Shown: positions 23,779-34,756 of the stretch, piece by piece
Numbering within the stretch: position 1 is the first letter of the stretch
How the letters are laid out: each line of letters begins with the position of its first letter
Origin: Rebecca billardiae RCC1528
Taxonomy: Eukaryota > Protista > Haptophyta
NCBI GenBank assembly: GCA_965240325.2
Contig: OZ251246.1
Location: 1,178,001 to 1,242,000 of the forward strand
Direction of reading: 5' to 3'
Length of the DNA stretch: 64,000 nucleotides
Program-made: the position numbers and the translations under genes
The notes under the pieces: generated by a model
Seen by the model: only the letters and a program-made list of their open reading frames with translations
What the model was told of the DNA's origin: nothing
Databases searched by the model: none

Positions 23779-24306
23779 CAGGCAATCGCGGGCAATAAGA
23801 AGTCAGAGATCTCACGGCTAGCCTCGGTTTCTTAGCCGTTCGGTAGCCCGAGCGCCTACGGAGTCTCAGTTTCTTAGCTAGGTCCGCCCGCCGCGCACTC
23901 GGGCGCGGGGGGCGCAGGGCCAGGGGGGCAGAGCCCCCCGCTGAGTCTTTAGGCCCGGCCGGCGAGGCCGACGAAAAATTTGGGCCTTTTTGGAGCAAAT
24001 CTGGCATGATGTTGCATGGATGCTGCGGTGCACTGGCCAGGAGTCAGTCATCAGGAGAAGAATCGGGACTTGGCCTGTACTCGTAGTCGGGCCGCGCGCC
24101 GCGTCCCCGACGGGCCGACTGCGCCTCGCCGCCCTCGCCCCTCGGCGGACCACTCGTCAGCCGGGACGACGTAGTCCCGGTTTCTTAGTGTGACTATGCG
24201 TATAGCGAACCAGCCAATCGCTAGCCTCAGTTTCTAGGCCAGATCCGCAGATAGCAAGCCCCAGTTTCTTAACGTGACAGCTCCTTATTGTGCCCGCGAT
24301 TGCCTG
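23779..24306. mobile_element. MITE copy 2, Tc1/mariner-like (TA flanks, ~21-bp TIR)
   Basis: TA|CAGGCAATCGCGGGCAATAAG ... CTTATTGtgCCCGCGATTGCCTG|TA; non-coding; second copy at 5304-5879. Confidence 0.85.
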
Positions 24307-24495
24307 TAATCAATCATATGCGCTGCGCGCATGCGCGCGTTCGTTTATTACATTATTGCTTGATGGCGGACGATCGGGAGGTAGCGCATTGGCCGCCGCG
24401 CCGGGATGAATCGAACAGTCATACCGCGACGAATACGGCGTGGCGCGGTGGCGGGCCAAGCATTAGCAGTTCCGCGGGCTGCGCTGTGCCGGTCG

Positions 24496-25053
24496 TCATT
24501 GCTGCGGCTGCGAGCCGGCCTCGATCTTGGCGAGCAGACGATCCATCTGGTGCCTCATGACGGGCTGGCCGCGCGCCGTGCGCCTGGACAGCTTCCCGTT
24601 CGTCGCCATCCTCTCGCGCCTGGCCGCGGCGTTGCGCCTGGCCGCGGCGTCGATCTCGGCCTGCTTGCGCGCCTTGGCCTCGAGGGCGGCCGCGCGCGCC
24701 TCCTCCCACGCCTTGCGCGCGGTCTGCAGCGGGGGCTCGCGCGCGGCGGGCCGGGCCTTCTTCTTCTTGCCGAGCGCTCGCCCGGACTCGGCCGGCGCCC
24801 ACGCCTCGTCCTGCTCGTCCTCCTCGCGCAGCGGCGCCGCGCGCAGCGCGTCAGGGTCCAGGCCGCCGCCGCCAGGCGCCCCGTCCGCGCCGGCCGTGGC
24901 GAGCTCGCGCTTGAAGGCCTTGAGCCGCTTGAACTTGTGGTTTTGCGAGCGCTTGATCGCCTGGCGCTTGCGCCTGAGCGGGTCGTTCGCCGCCAGCCGC
25001 TCCAAGCTGAGGGCGGGCGACTTGCCGCGCGGCCCGGGCCGGCCGGGAGCCAT
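24496..25053 (-). CDS. rRNA-processing protein, FYV7/CCDC59-like (~185 aa)
   Basis: Basic coiled protein ending RRTARGQPVMRHQMDRLLAKIE, matching the FYV7 C-terminal TxxGQPxM..LLxKI motif. Confidence 0.75.
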   Translation of the reverse strand: MAPGRPGPRGKSPALSLERLAANDPLRRKRQAIKRSQNHKFKRLKAFKRELATAGADGAPGGGGLDPDALRAAPLREEDEQDEAWAPAESGRALGKKKKARPAAREPPLQTARKAWEEARAAALEAKARKQAEIDAAARRNAAARRERMATNGKLSRRTARGQPVMRHQMDRLLAKIEAGSQPQQ

Positions 25054-25210
25054 CGCTGCGCCCGTGTGCAGTGACCACGTTCGCTGGCTCCGGCCCGGCC
25101 GGGCGTGAGCCAGCGGCGGCAGTGGCGCAGTGCGGCACTGGCAGCCAGGCTGGCCGGGCTGCGCACCGGCGTGCATCGGGCCGGGCGCACGCGGGCTGGT
25201 GGCGGCAAGC

Positions 25211-26640
25211 ATGATCATGGCGGAGGCCGCGATCGCGCGCGCCGAGCAGCTCACGACGTGGGCGGACACGCTGCGCGCGATCCCGCCGCTCGAGCCGAGC
25301 GCCGAGCCCTCCGCCCACCCCGCGCGCGCGCAGTACGTCTGCGCGCCCTGGCTGAACGCTCGCATCGTGCTCGCGCGCATCGACGTGTCGCAGCTCGGCG
25401 CGGACGCGGTGGTCTGCCCGAACAACGAGCGGCTCACGGACCGCGCGGGGCTGTCGGGCGAGCTGATCCGCCGCGCGGGGCCCGACCTCGAGCTCGAGCT
25501 CGCGCAGCTCGAGGAGTGCCGCACGGGCGACGCCAAGCTCGCGCGCGGCTACCTGCTGCCCGCGCGGCACGTGATTGTGAGCGTGGGCCCGCGGTTCAAC
25601 CTCAAGTACCGGCGCGCGGCGGAGCACGCGCTGGTGTCGTGCTACGAGCGCGTGCTCACGCTCGCGCGCGAGGCGCGCCTCTCCTCCGTCGCCATCCCGC
25701 CGCTGCACTCGGAGCGCAAAGGCTTCCCCTTGGACGCGGGCGCGCGCGTGGCGGTGCGCACGGTGCGGCGCTGGATGGAGCGGTGGGAGGCGGGGGCGGA
25801 GGGGGAGGCGGCGGCGGCGCGGGGGCAGGGCCCGCCGCCCCCCCGCGCGCAGCACGCCGGCCACCCCTCCCTCGTGCTGCTGTGCGTCTCCTCCCTCGAG
25901 CAGCTGGACGCGTACGCCCACCAGCTGCGAGTCCACTTCCCGCGCACACGGGAGGAGGAGGCGGCGGCGGCGGAGGCGGCGGGGGCGGAGGAGGCGGCGG
26001 GGGCGGAGGCCGAGCCGAGGCGCGGCGGCGAAGGGGGGGCGGGGGGCGAGGGGGCGGCGGCGGGCGGCGGCGGCGCGCCCCCCGAGGCCGAGCGCGCCTC
26101 GGGCGGCGCCGTGCTCGAGCGCGGCGGTGCGGGGCGGGGCGCGCGCCCCATTCGCGTCTCGCCGGGTCCGCGCGCGCTCGCTCGGTTTGAGGGCGGGGCG
26201 GAGGCGGAGGCGGCGGCGGGGGGCGGGGGCGGAGGCGGCGGAGAGGGCGAGGGGCAGGGCGCGGCGCGCGCGGGCACGCCCGACGCGCCCGGCACCCCCG
26301 CCACGCCCGAGCCCGCCCCCCCCGCCCCGGGGTGCGCGCTGCTGCCCGCAGCAGAGTTCTGCCGCATGGCCGCCCACCCAGACGAGGCGCGCTGCACGCC
26401 GCACGCGAGGGGCGCGGCGCGCGGCGGAGGCGGCGGCGGCGGCGCGGCGGCGGGTGACGGTGCGTGGTGGCGCGCGCGTACCGCCCTGCGCGCGCGCCGC
26501 GGGCGGCGGCGGGTCGACCGCCCCCTCCCCCGTGCCCGCACGCGTGCCCGCACGCACACGCGCGCGCACACGCACACACGCACACACACACACACACACA
26601 CGCACACACACGCGCACACACACACACACGCACACGCACA

Positions 26641-26737
<97 letters not shown>

Positions 26738-26747
26738 TCGCACACAC

Positions 26748-26846
<99 letters not shown>

Positions 26847-27837
26847 CGCACACACGCTCCCCTGCCCCCCGCTGTCCCCCGCTGCCCGCCACCGCCGCCA
26901 CCGCCACCGCCGCAGCAGGGGGCGAGGCGTGGCGTGGCCCGTCAGACGCGGCAGCGCTCGACCCGGAGCACGTGGCGCGCGCGTACGGGCGTCTGCTGCG
27001 CGCGGCGCACGGCACAGAGCTGGGCGACGCGGAGGCGCTGGGCGTGTGCGCGCCCGCGCCGCCCGACAGGCGCGGCACGCCGTGCGCGCTGCTCGTCGGG
27101 CGGCGGCTGCCCGCGGCCCCGGCGCTGCGCGAGCGCGTGCTGCTGCACGGGCTGCGCACACTCGACCCCCTGAGCGAGGCGCCCTACTGCCTCCTCTACT
27201 GCCACACCAAAGTGTGCGTGTGCACAGCAGCGCAGCAGCGCACACGCAGCGCAGCAGCGCAGCAGTGCACACGCACGGGCGGCGCGCGCGCGGTGCGGGC
27301 GCGCGCGCGGCATGCGGCCCACCGCGCCCACCGCACACGCCCCCCCCTCCCGCCACCCCCTTCCCCCCGACTCCCGCGCGCCCGCACCTGCCCCCGCGCG
27401 CGCGCGCCTGCCCCCGCGGGCGCAGCGACGGCGAGGTGTGTGGCGGGCTGGGCTGGGTGCGGCAGGTGTGGGGCCTGCTGCCCGCCAAGTACACCTCCCA
27501 GCTGCGCGCGCTGTACGTCCTGCACCCCACGCTGCGGCTGCGGCTGCTGCTCTGGGCGCTCAGCCCGCTGCTCGGCCGGCGCGTGTGGGAGCGGCTCGTG
27601 TTCGTGGACGAGATCGCGCAGCTCGGCGCGCACTTTGAGCTGCGCGCGCTGCGGCTGCCCGCGTTCGTCGAGCACTACGACCGCAACCGGGACACGGCGC
27701 GCGCCCACCTCTCGCCGGACGCGAGCGAGCGCGCGCGCATCGCCGCCGAGCAGGCGGCCGCGCGCCGCGCCGAGCACGGCCCGTGGCGCGCGGCGGGTGC
27801 GGACCCGCTGCTCGGCGTGAGCGTGAGGGGGGTCTGA
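25211..27837 (+). CDS. GDAP2: GDAP2 homolog (Macro + CRAL-TRIO/BCH domains); introns 26460-26915(or 26918) and 27214-27425
   Basis: CRTGDAKLARGYLLPARHVIVSVGPRFNLKYRRAAEHALVSCY (GDAP2-type macro); C-terminal PYCLLYCHT..LPAKYTSQLRALYVLHPT..LVFVDEI..LPAFVEHYD. Confidence 0.88.
26553..26855. repeat. ~300-bp imperfect (CA)n microsatellite inside a GDAP2 intron
   Basis: Seen directly; explains the HT/VC-repeat pseudo-ORFs. Confidence 0.95.
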
Positions 27838-28906
27838 GAGGGGTCTGAGCGCCGAGCCTCGCTGCCGCCGCGTGCCGCCGTCGGCCGTGCGCGGCCGATG
27901 CCGCCTGCTTCACTGCGTGTCCGCGCGAAGTCCCGGCTGGCGGCGGATGCCCGATGCACAGACTGCATGATGCACGCGCTGCGCCCGCGTGCTGGCCGTG
28001 TCCAGTGAATGAGTGATCGGCGCGTCGTCAGGGCACTCGCGAGTCCAGTACGGTGGCAGACCGGTGATCGCCAGCGGCCAGACCGCGTGCTGCCCCGTGT
28101 CACAGCCGAGTAGTCCGAATAATAAAATGTATTATTGCTGACGATAGATGTAGTGACCATCCGCGGCGGGTCGTCCGACTTAGCGCGGAGTCACTGCGGA
28201 CTGCCCGCGCCGTCCGGGTGCTGCACGGCGGGGCGCGCTGCTAAGCGGCAGCGCAGCGTCAGGCCCCGCGGAGCCTTAGCCGAGCTCCCGGCGCGCCGGC
28301 GCGGGCGCGCGGGCCCGAGCCCGAGGGCCCAGAGCGGCGGGCGAGCGGGCCGACGCCGAGCCCCGGAGCCGGAGGGGCGGAGGGCTGGCCCCGGCGGCAC
28401 CGCGACTGCCGGGCCGGCCCGTGAGCGCAGCCTTCGGAGCCTGTCGCGGCCGCCGCGGGCGCGTCCGGCTGTCCCCGGGACGCGCGCGGCCCGCCGCGGC
28501 GCGGCGGCCCGCCGAGCCCGGACTAGTGGCGGCCGCGACGGCTGATGCGCGATTCATTATATCCGCCGATCATCGCGATATGCACACACACATATATATA
28601 TACTAGTGGATGACCGCGTGCGCAGGCGTATCAGATGCTGCGGCGGCGACCCGTGGGCGGCGGGCGCGCGGCCGCGGCTCGCCGGGCGCCCGCCCCGCCC
28701 ACTACGGGGGGCACTAGTCCCCGCGGACCGTGCGACGCTCCGACAAACACGGGGGACAGACAGGCGCTGGCGGCGGGGAGCAGCTCGAGCGAGAGCACGC
28801 ACCCGCCATGCGCGCGCCCACGAGCGCCGCGTTCGCCGGCACCCGCTCACCGGCCCAAGCGCGCGGGCTCCGCGCGCGCTGCTGAGCGCGCTTGCCCGGC
28901 GGCGGC

Positions 28907-29443
28907 TCAGTAGCCCTGGTCACGCAGGTACGCGGCGAGTCGCTCGACGGCCTGGTTGGTCGCGCCGGCGAAGGTGGGCTTCTTCTTGTCGGCCTCGTTG
29001 TACCTGCCCACGACGATGCACGTCTTCGCCGCCGCGATGGCCACGCCCGTCTTCTCGTGGCGCGCGTAGCAGACGAAGGGCGGGTCCTTCTTGCCCGTGC
29101 CCTTCTCGGAGCGCACGACGACGTACTTGACCTGGTTGATGCGCAGCCCGGCGTCGGGCTTGGTGCCCGACTTGGAGAAGTCGATGATGTTCGCCAGCTC
29201 GTTCACCTCGACGGACTTCTTCTCCTTCTCGTCCTGCACGACCGTCGTGTACGTCTTGAGGCCGATGCCGGCCGACTTGGCCCAGAGCTCGCCCTTGAGG
29301 CCGATGATCATGCCGTCGGAGCAGCCGCCGGCGATGAGCTGCTCGTCGACGTACTTCTTCCACCCGTCCGCGCTCGAGTTGCCCTCATCCTTCACCTCCA
29401 CCTCCACGGCGTCGTTCGGCTTGCACCCCAGAGCTGCACCCAT
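28907..29443 (-). CDS. Profilin (178 aa) with N-terminal extension
   Basis: GWKKYVDEQL, GELWAKS, GLRINQVKYVVVR, TCIVVGRY and the C-terminal VERLAAYLRDQGY profilin signature. Confidence 0.88.
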   Translation of the reverse strand: MGAALGCKPNDAVEVEVKDEGNSSADGWKKYVDEQLIAGGCSDGMIIGLKGELWAKSAGIGLKTYTTVVQDEKEKKSVEVNELANIIDFSKSGTKPDAGLRINQVKYVVVRSEKGTGKKDPPFVCYARHEKTGVAIAAAKTCIVVGRYNEADKKKPTFAGATNQAVERLAAYLRDQGY

Positions 29444-30270
29444 GGTCCTATCCCACGAAGGCCGTGTTGCGCTCCGACTCCGCCCTTGCGGTTGCGGCCG
29501 CTTCTCGGAAAGTTGTTTGGCGGCTGCGGCCGGCACGCGCCGGCGCCAAAAGCCTCCAGATTGGCCGGCTGACTCTGACTCCTGCGAATATGCATAAGTA
29601 CGAGATCGTCGCGCCCAATCAAAACGCGGTATCGCCGGTATGCGATTATAGTAGTCGAGCGCTTCGGTCTGAGACGAACCTTTCGGCCGATCTCGTCAGG
29701 TCGCGTGGAACTACCACTGCGCCGAGTTAGTTCTGTGAGAATTCAAAATCCGACGCGGCCCATACCTATTATTTTTGTCGATCACCCTTTGTCAATTTCT
29801 CTGATAACGCGATTTTCAGGGTGCCTGCTACTTATATTCATTATCATACGTCAAAAGTCCGGCACTACTGAGATGAACCCTGAGTCCGGCTTCGGCTGCG
29901 GTCGGCCGCGACGTGCTCGCGGGCCCAGCAGCCGCGGGTATGGGGCACTGCGTAGAGACGCCCCACGCCCGTAGCGCGCACCACCGCACCTCGCCCATGC
30001 GCTGACCCATCGGAGTCCCGTGCCGGTCAGACGAACGGGCGGCCGCCGCCCACGGCTCCGGACGTCGCACCCGCGCGACGTCGCGGCCTCGGCCTCGATC
30101 CTGAAGGGGGTCTGCCCCGCCTATGGCGCCGCCAGCCTGCCGTCCGCCCAGCCCCTGCTCCACCTAGCATGTCCACGCGGCCTCCCGCCTGCGCGCGATG
30201 CAGCAGCACCGCAGGCGGCAGGCTGCCCGGCCGGCAGCTGCAGCTGCAGCCTCGCCCGCGAGGGGCGAGC

Positions 30271-30604
30271 CTACTTGTTGGTCGAGTAGAAGTCCTCGTA
30301 CAGCTTCTTCTGCCCGCTGTGCCACCCCTTCCACGCGAACGCCGTGACGAAGCCGACGACCGTCGCCACTGACATCATGACGTACGTGTTTTTCTGCGCG
30401 GTGGGGCGCGGCGCGCGATGCGTCGTGCAGGCGGCGTGAGCGACCGCACGCTCGCGCGCGCACACACGGCCCTGCGCACAGCGGCCGCGCGCGTGCGGGG
30501 AGCTTTGGTCGGCGCACCGTCATCTTTGCGCTCGGCTCGGTGCCCATGTGCCGCACGCCCACGCGGGACGCCACGCTCACGACGCGCTGGGTAAGGGGCA
30601 GCAT
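30271..30604 (-). CDS. Small single-TM mitochondrial protein, COX6C/Cox9/plant COX5C-like (69 aa); exons 30604-30518 and 30393-30271
   Basis: Intron 30394-30517; presequence MLPLTQRVVSVASRVGVRHM; TM then AFAWKGWHSGQKKLYEDFY. Confidence 0.7.
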
Positions 30605-30726
30605 GCCGAGGCTCGTCCTGATCACCACCAAGAGGCTCGCTCGCTCGGCTCCCGGCTGCGCCTTCGAGCTCGGCCGAAGCGGCACCGCGCCCCGGACCAG
30701 GCTCGGCGGGGATTCGCGCCGCGCGC

Positions 30727-32274
30727 ATGGCGGCGGCCGAGCGCGTGGTGGTGATCACCTGGGGCCGGGGCGCGAATGGCGAGCTGGGCAGGGGCCCGCC
30801 GTCCACAGCCGACGTCATCGGCCGCGTCGACCGCGTGCGCGCCCTCGACGGCGGTGCGTCGCCGCGCCTTGCACGCCGCGCGCGCGCCGCGGTGCGCGCC
30901 GCGCGCCGCCGCGCGCCGCGCCACGGTCGCTCACGTCCTGCCGCCACGCGCCGTTGCGCCGCAGTGCCCGTCACGCACATTGCGTGCGGCCTGTACCACA
31001 CGCTCGCGACCACCGCCGACGGCGACCTCTACGCGTGGGGCGCGGGCGCGGGCGGGCAGCTCGGCACGGGCGACGGCGCCTCCGCCCACCTGCCGCGCCG
31101 CGTGCAGGCGCTGCGCGTGCACCGGCGGTGCGTGCGCGCGGCGTGCGCCGGGCGGACGCACACGCTGGCCGTCGGCGCGGACGGCCGCCTGCTCGCGTGG
31201 GGCCTCGCCGCGCACGGCCAGCTCGGCCTCTGCGCCGGCGCGGGCGCCATGAGCGATGCGCTCGAGCCGAGGGTCGTCCGGCCGATCGCGGCTGTGCGCG
31301 CCGTCGCGGCGGGGGAGGCGCACTCGCTCGCGCTGACGGCGGACGGCGGGGTGTACGCGTGGGGCTCGATGGCGAACGGGCGGACGGGCACCGTCCCGCG
31401 CCCGAGCGAGCTCGGCCCGCACGAGCGCACCCGCTGGGGCGCCGCGCCGCCGGCGGAGTGGGCGCCAACGCGGCTCAGGCTGCGCGCGCCCGGCGCGGGC
31501 ACAGCGGGCGCGGTCGGCGCGGCGGCCGCGCTGGGCGTGGGCGCGCTGCCGGCGCCGTCGGTGCCGATCGTCTGTATCGCGGCGGGCTGGCGCCACTCCG
31601 TCGCCGTCTCCGCGCACGGCCAGCTCTTCAGCTGGGGCTGCGGCGCGTCGGGCCAGCTCGGGCACGGCGCGCGCGCTGACGTGCACACGCCCGCGCCGGT
31701 GGAGGCGCTGGCGCGGGAGCGCACGCTCAGCGTCGCGGCGGGCGCGGCGCACACGCTGGCGCTGGCGGAGGGCGAGCTGCTCTTCGCGTGGGGCGACGGC
31801 CGGGCCGGCCAGCTCGGCACGGGCGACGCGCGCTCGTGCGACGCGCCGCGCCTCGTCGAGGGCGCGCCCGCGCGCGTGCGCTCGCTCTGCGCGGGCGCGG
31901 CCCACTCGGTGGCGCTGGGCTGGGATGGCGGCGTGCACTGCTGCGGGCAGAACGCGTACGGGCAGCTGGGCACGGCGGTGGGCGGGGCGGCGGGCGGGGA
32001 GGCGGCGGAGACGCCGGGGCTGCTGCGCGCCTTCACGCGCGTGCCGCTCGAGGCGCTGCTCGGCGGCGGCGGGCCCGCGGCGGTGGCAGAGGCGCCGGGC
32101 GCGGGCGAGGGCGCGGGCGCGGGCGCGGCCGTGCCGCCGCAGCCGCCGTGGCGCGTGACGATGGTGGCGTCTGGCGCGTGGCACTGCGCGGCGCTCGTGG
32201 CGCTCAGTGACGACGCCGTCGCCGCGCCGGTGCCGACGCCCACGCTGGGCGCAGCCAGCGGGGCGGGGCCGTGA
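30727..32274 (+). CDS. RCC1-repeat beta-propeller protein; intron 30854-30964
   Basis: Repeated IACGxxHT/S..G.LYAWGxGxxGQLG units. Confidence 0.9.
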   Translation: MAAAERVVVITWGRGANGELGRGPPSTADVIGRVDRVRALDGGASPRLARRARAAVRAARRRAPRHGRSRPAATRRCAAVPVTHIACGLYHTLATTADGDLYAWGAGAGGQLGTGDGASAHLPRRVQALRVHRRCVRAACAGRTHTLAVGADGRLLAWGLAAHGQLGLCAGAGAMSDALEPRVVRPIAAVRAVAAGEAHSLALTADGGVYAWGSMANGRTGTVPRPSELGPHERTRWGAAPPAEWAPTRLRLRAPGAGTAGAVGAAAALGVGALPAPSVPIVCIAAGWRHSVAVSAHGQLFSWGCGASGQLGHGARADVHTPAPVEALARERTLSVAAGAAHTLALAEGELLFAWGDGRAGQLGTGDARSCDAPRLVEGAPARVRSLCAGAAHSVALGWDGGVHCCGQNAYGQLGTAVGGAAGGEAAETPGLLRAFTRVPLEALLGGGGPAAVAEAPGAGEGAGAGAAVPPQPPWRVTMVASGAWHCAALVALSDDAVAAPVPTPTLGAASGAGP

Positions 32275-32499
32275 ACGGTCTGGTGCCGCCGACGTCGGAT
32301 GATATTCAGAAATCATGCGGCGGGACGAATAAAAACTCGAAAAAGGCAAAAAGCAAGAAGGCGCGCCGCCCGGACTGGCCAGTCCGGTGCACAAGACATC
32401 GACGTGACACCACCCATCGCCTTGACGCCTTGCCGCTGCGACGAGGAGCGCTCCCAACCGAGAGCCCTCCACTCGCCGCGCCGAGGTCTCCGCACAGCC

Positions 32500-33277
32500 A
32501 TGCTCGTCACAAAGAAGAACCGCCTTGCGGTCTACAACTACCTCTTCAAGGGTGCGCGCTCGCCTGCGGCTGCCCACGCCCGGTGCGCCCGGGCTCGGGC
32601 GGCATAGGCGCGCGTGCTTGCGGACATGGCGGTGTGTGCCGCCGCATGACCGCGAGCGCGCGGTTGCGCGGTGCGCGCACTCTGGAACCGCGCAGAGGGC
32701 GTGGTGTGCGCGAAGAAGGACTACCGCATCGCGAAGCACCCCGACGTCGAGGCCTCCAACCTCGAGGTCATTAAGCTCTGCACGTCGCTCAAGTCGCGCG
32801 GGCTGCTGCACGAGATCTTCTCGTGGCAGTGGTACTACTGGAGCCTGACGGACGAGGGCATCGAGTACCTGCGCGAGTACCTGCACCTGCCCGCGGACGA
32901 GGTGCCGAACACGCTCAAGAAGTCGACCAAGGACCCGCTCCGCCGACCGGGTGGCGACGACCGGCGTGGGGGCGACCGCCCTCGGTTCCAGGACCGTGAG
33001 GGCTACCGCGGGGACAAGCCCGGCGGCGAGGTGCGTGCGAGGCCGGGCGCGCGCGGGGCGAGGGTGCTGTGGGCAGGGCGGGGATGGGGCGGGGTGCGGG
33101 CGTGTCGCCGCGCGCGCAGCGCCCGCGCTCACGCGTGCGTGCGCGCTCCCCGTCGCTCCGCGCCCCTTGCCCGCGCAGCGTGGCTTTGGCCGCGGCGGTG
33201 GCGGCTTTGGCCGTGGCGGTGGCGGCTTTGGCCGTGGCGGCGGCGGCGGCTTTGGCCGCGGCGACGGGCCACCGTAA
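32500..33277 (+). CDS. RPS10: 40S ribosomal protein S10 (eS10); exons 32500-32551, 32696-33030, 33179-33277
   Basis: [63 protein letters not shown] tail. Confidence 0.97.
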
Positions 33278-34756
33278 GGTGGTCCGGCATGACGCCGCTG
33301 GTCGCGAGCACGCACGGGCGTGCCGACGCGGCGCTGCAGTGTGTGGTGGCGGGCGGGCGGCTCTTGATATCTGCCGGCGCACTTGCCGCCTGCCGCCGTG
33401 TGTCACTCACTGTCAGCGTGCCGGACAGTGTCACAGTGCCGCAGTGGCCCGACGGTGATGGAGTCGCCACACATCGTCTCACTCATCAGGCCGCGGCGCT
33501 TACTAGGAGTCTGCGCGCTGAGCGAGTGAGTGGGCACTGCTGGTGACAGTGCCTCGGCTTTAGATTCGGCCAGGTGCGCCGGCCACGCTGATCGCAGCGC
33601 CGAATGTAATATCCCCTTACCGCAGTTCCGACTCGGCGACTCTGTTCCGACTTTGCTTCGTATGGAAGCAAAGTTGACGGCGTCCGCTGAGGGCGCCCTG
33701 CGGCCAGTCAGGGCGCCTTTGGGCGCTGAACGCCGCATGACACTGTGCAGGCATGGTCTAGCTACCCTCAGACAGCCGCCAGACTGGTCCCTTCAGCTAC
33801 AATGCCTCCACGATGGCATCCCGCGGCAGCGCGCCGAGCTGCCGTACGGGCGTGTCGTGCCCGCCAGGCTGGCCGTGTGCCCGCGACACCCGGCTGCACG
33901 CCTTGCAGCTGCTTCAGGCAGGTAGGCGATCGGTCGAGATGGCTGTAGGCGGTGTACGTACTGCACGCGCTGGTCTGCGCGCGTTCACATGACTCGTCGC
34001 GCTGAACTCACTCACCTGCCAGTCGCGCGTGACACGCTTGGCGGCTTGCCGCACGCAGCAGCCGCAGGCCGCGCGCGCGGCGTGATTGCCGAGTGCAAGT
34101 CAGCCAGGAGCTCGGCGGGATGGGCGGTCATGTTTCTTCGTCTGTTTCGGTGTCGATCACATGCGCGACGCGCGCGCCCCGCTGCGCAAGTACACCCTCC
34201 TCATTGCCGACGTCACACAGGAAGCCGCATGATGGATCTCGAGCTCGGAGAGCAGCGTCCGAGCACCACAGGCACTGACTGGCAGCCCGAGAGCCGACCG
34301 GCGGGTGACGTCCTTCACCCCGCCTGATGCGGTACCGCGTGCGGCACCATACCGCAGCGATACGAGCACCTCAGAGGCGAACTGAGCACCCCTCAAAACT
34401 TTGCTTCTGGGCGTGCTCGAACACTCGTTTGGCACTCCGTTTGGACGCCGTGGCACCGGAGAAGGGGGAGGGCGGCGGCGATGAGGCTCGGGTGGCCCAC
34501 GAACATGCTCACAAAGATGCCTCTCAGCCATCGCGCGCCCTCTCGCGGCGTCCACCTGCCCGCCGAGCACGCACCCGCGGGGGCGAACCCATCTTTGCTT
34601 CGTATAGAAGCAACCTGCGGTAAGGGGATAGAAAGCTTTCACCAGCAGCTCCGCTCGGCTCGGTTCCTGAGCTGCTCAGAGCCAGAAGCCGACCGCGAAC
34701 GTTCGTCGTGGATTCGCCCTGCTCTGACGAACGTCGTCGAGTGATCAGTCAGGGCA

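Noticed and set aside
24851-27159. Poly(Cys-Val) and poly(His-Thr) ORFs suggestive of metal-binding proteins
   Set aside because: They are translations of an intronic (CA)n microsatellite bounded by splice sites that restore GDAP2.
30727-32274. UVR8 photoreceptor ortholog
   Set aside because: Only one GWRHS motif is present; UVR8 needs three GWRHT motifs and the C-terminal VP region.
33300-34740. Possible gene between RPS10 and the carrier gene
   Set aside because: Only short ORFs without host-like codon bias or recognisable motifs.
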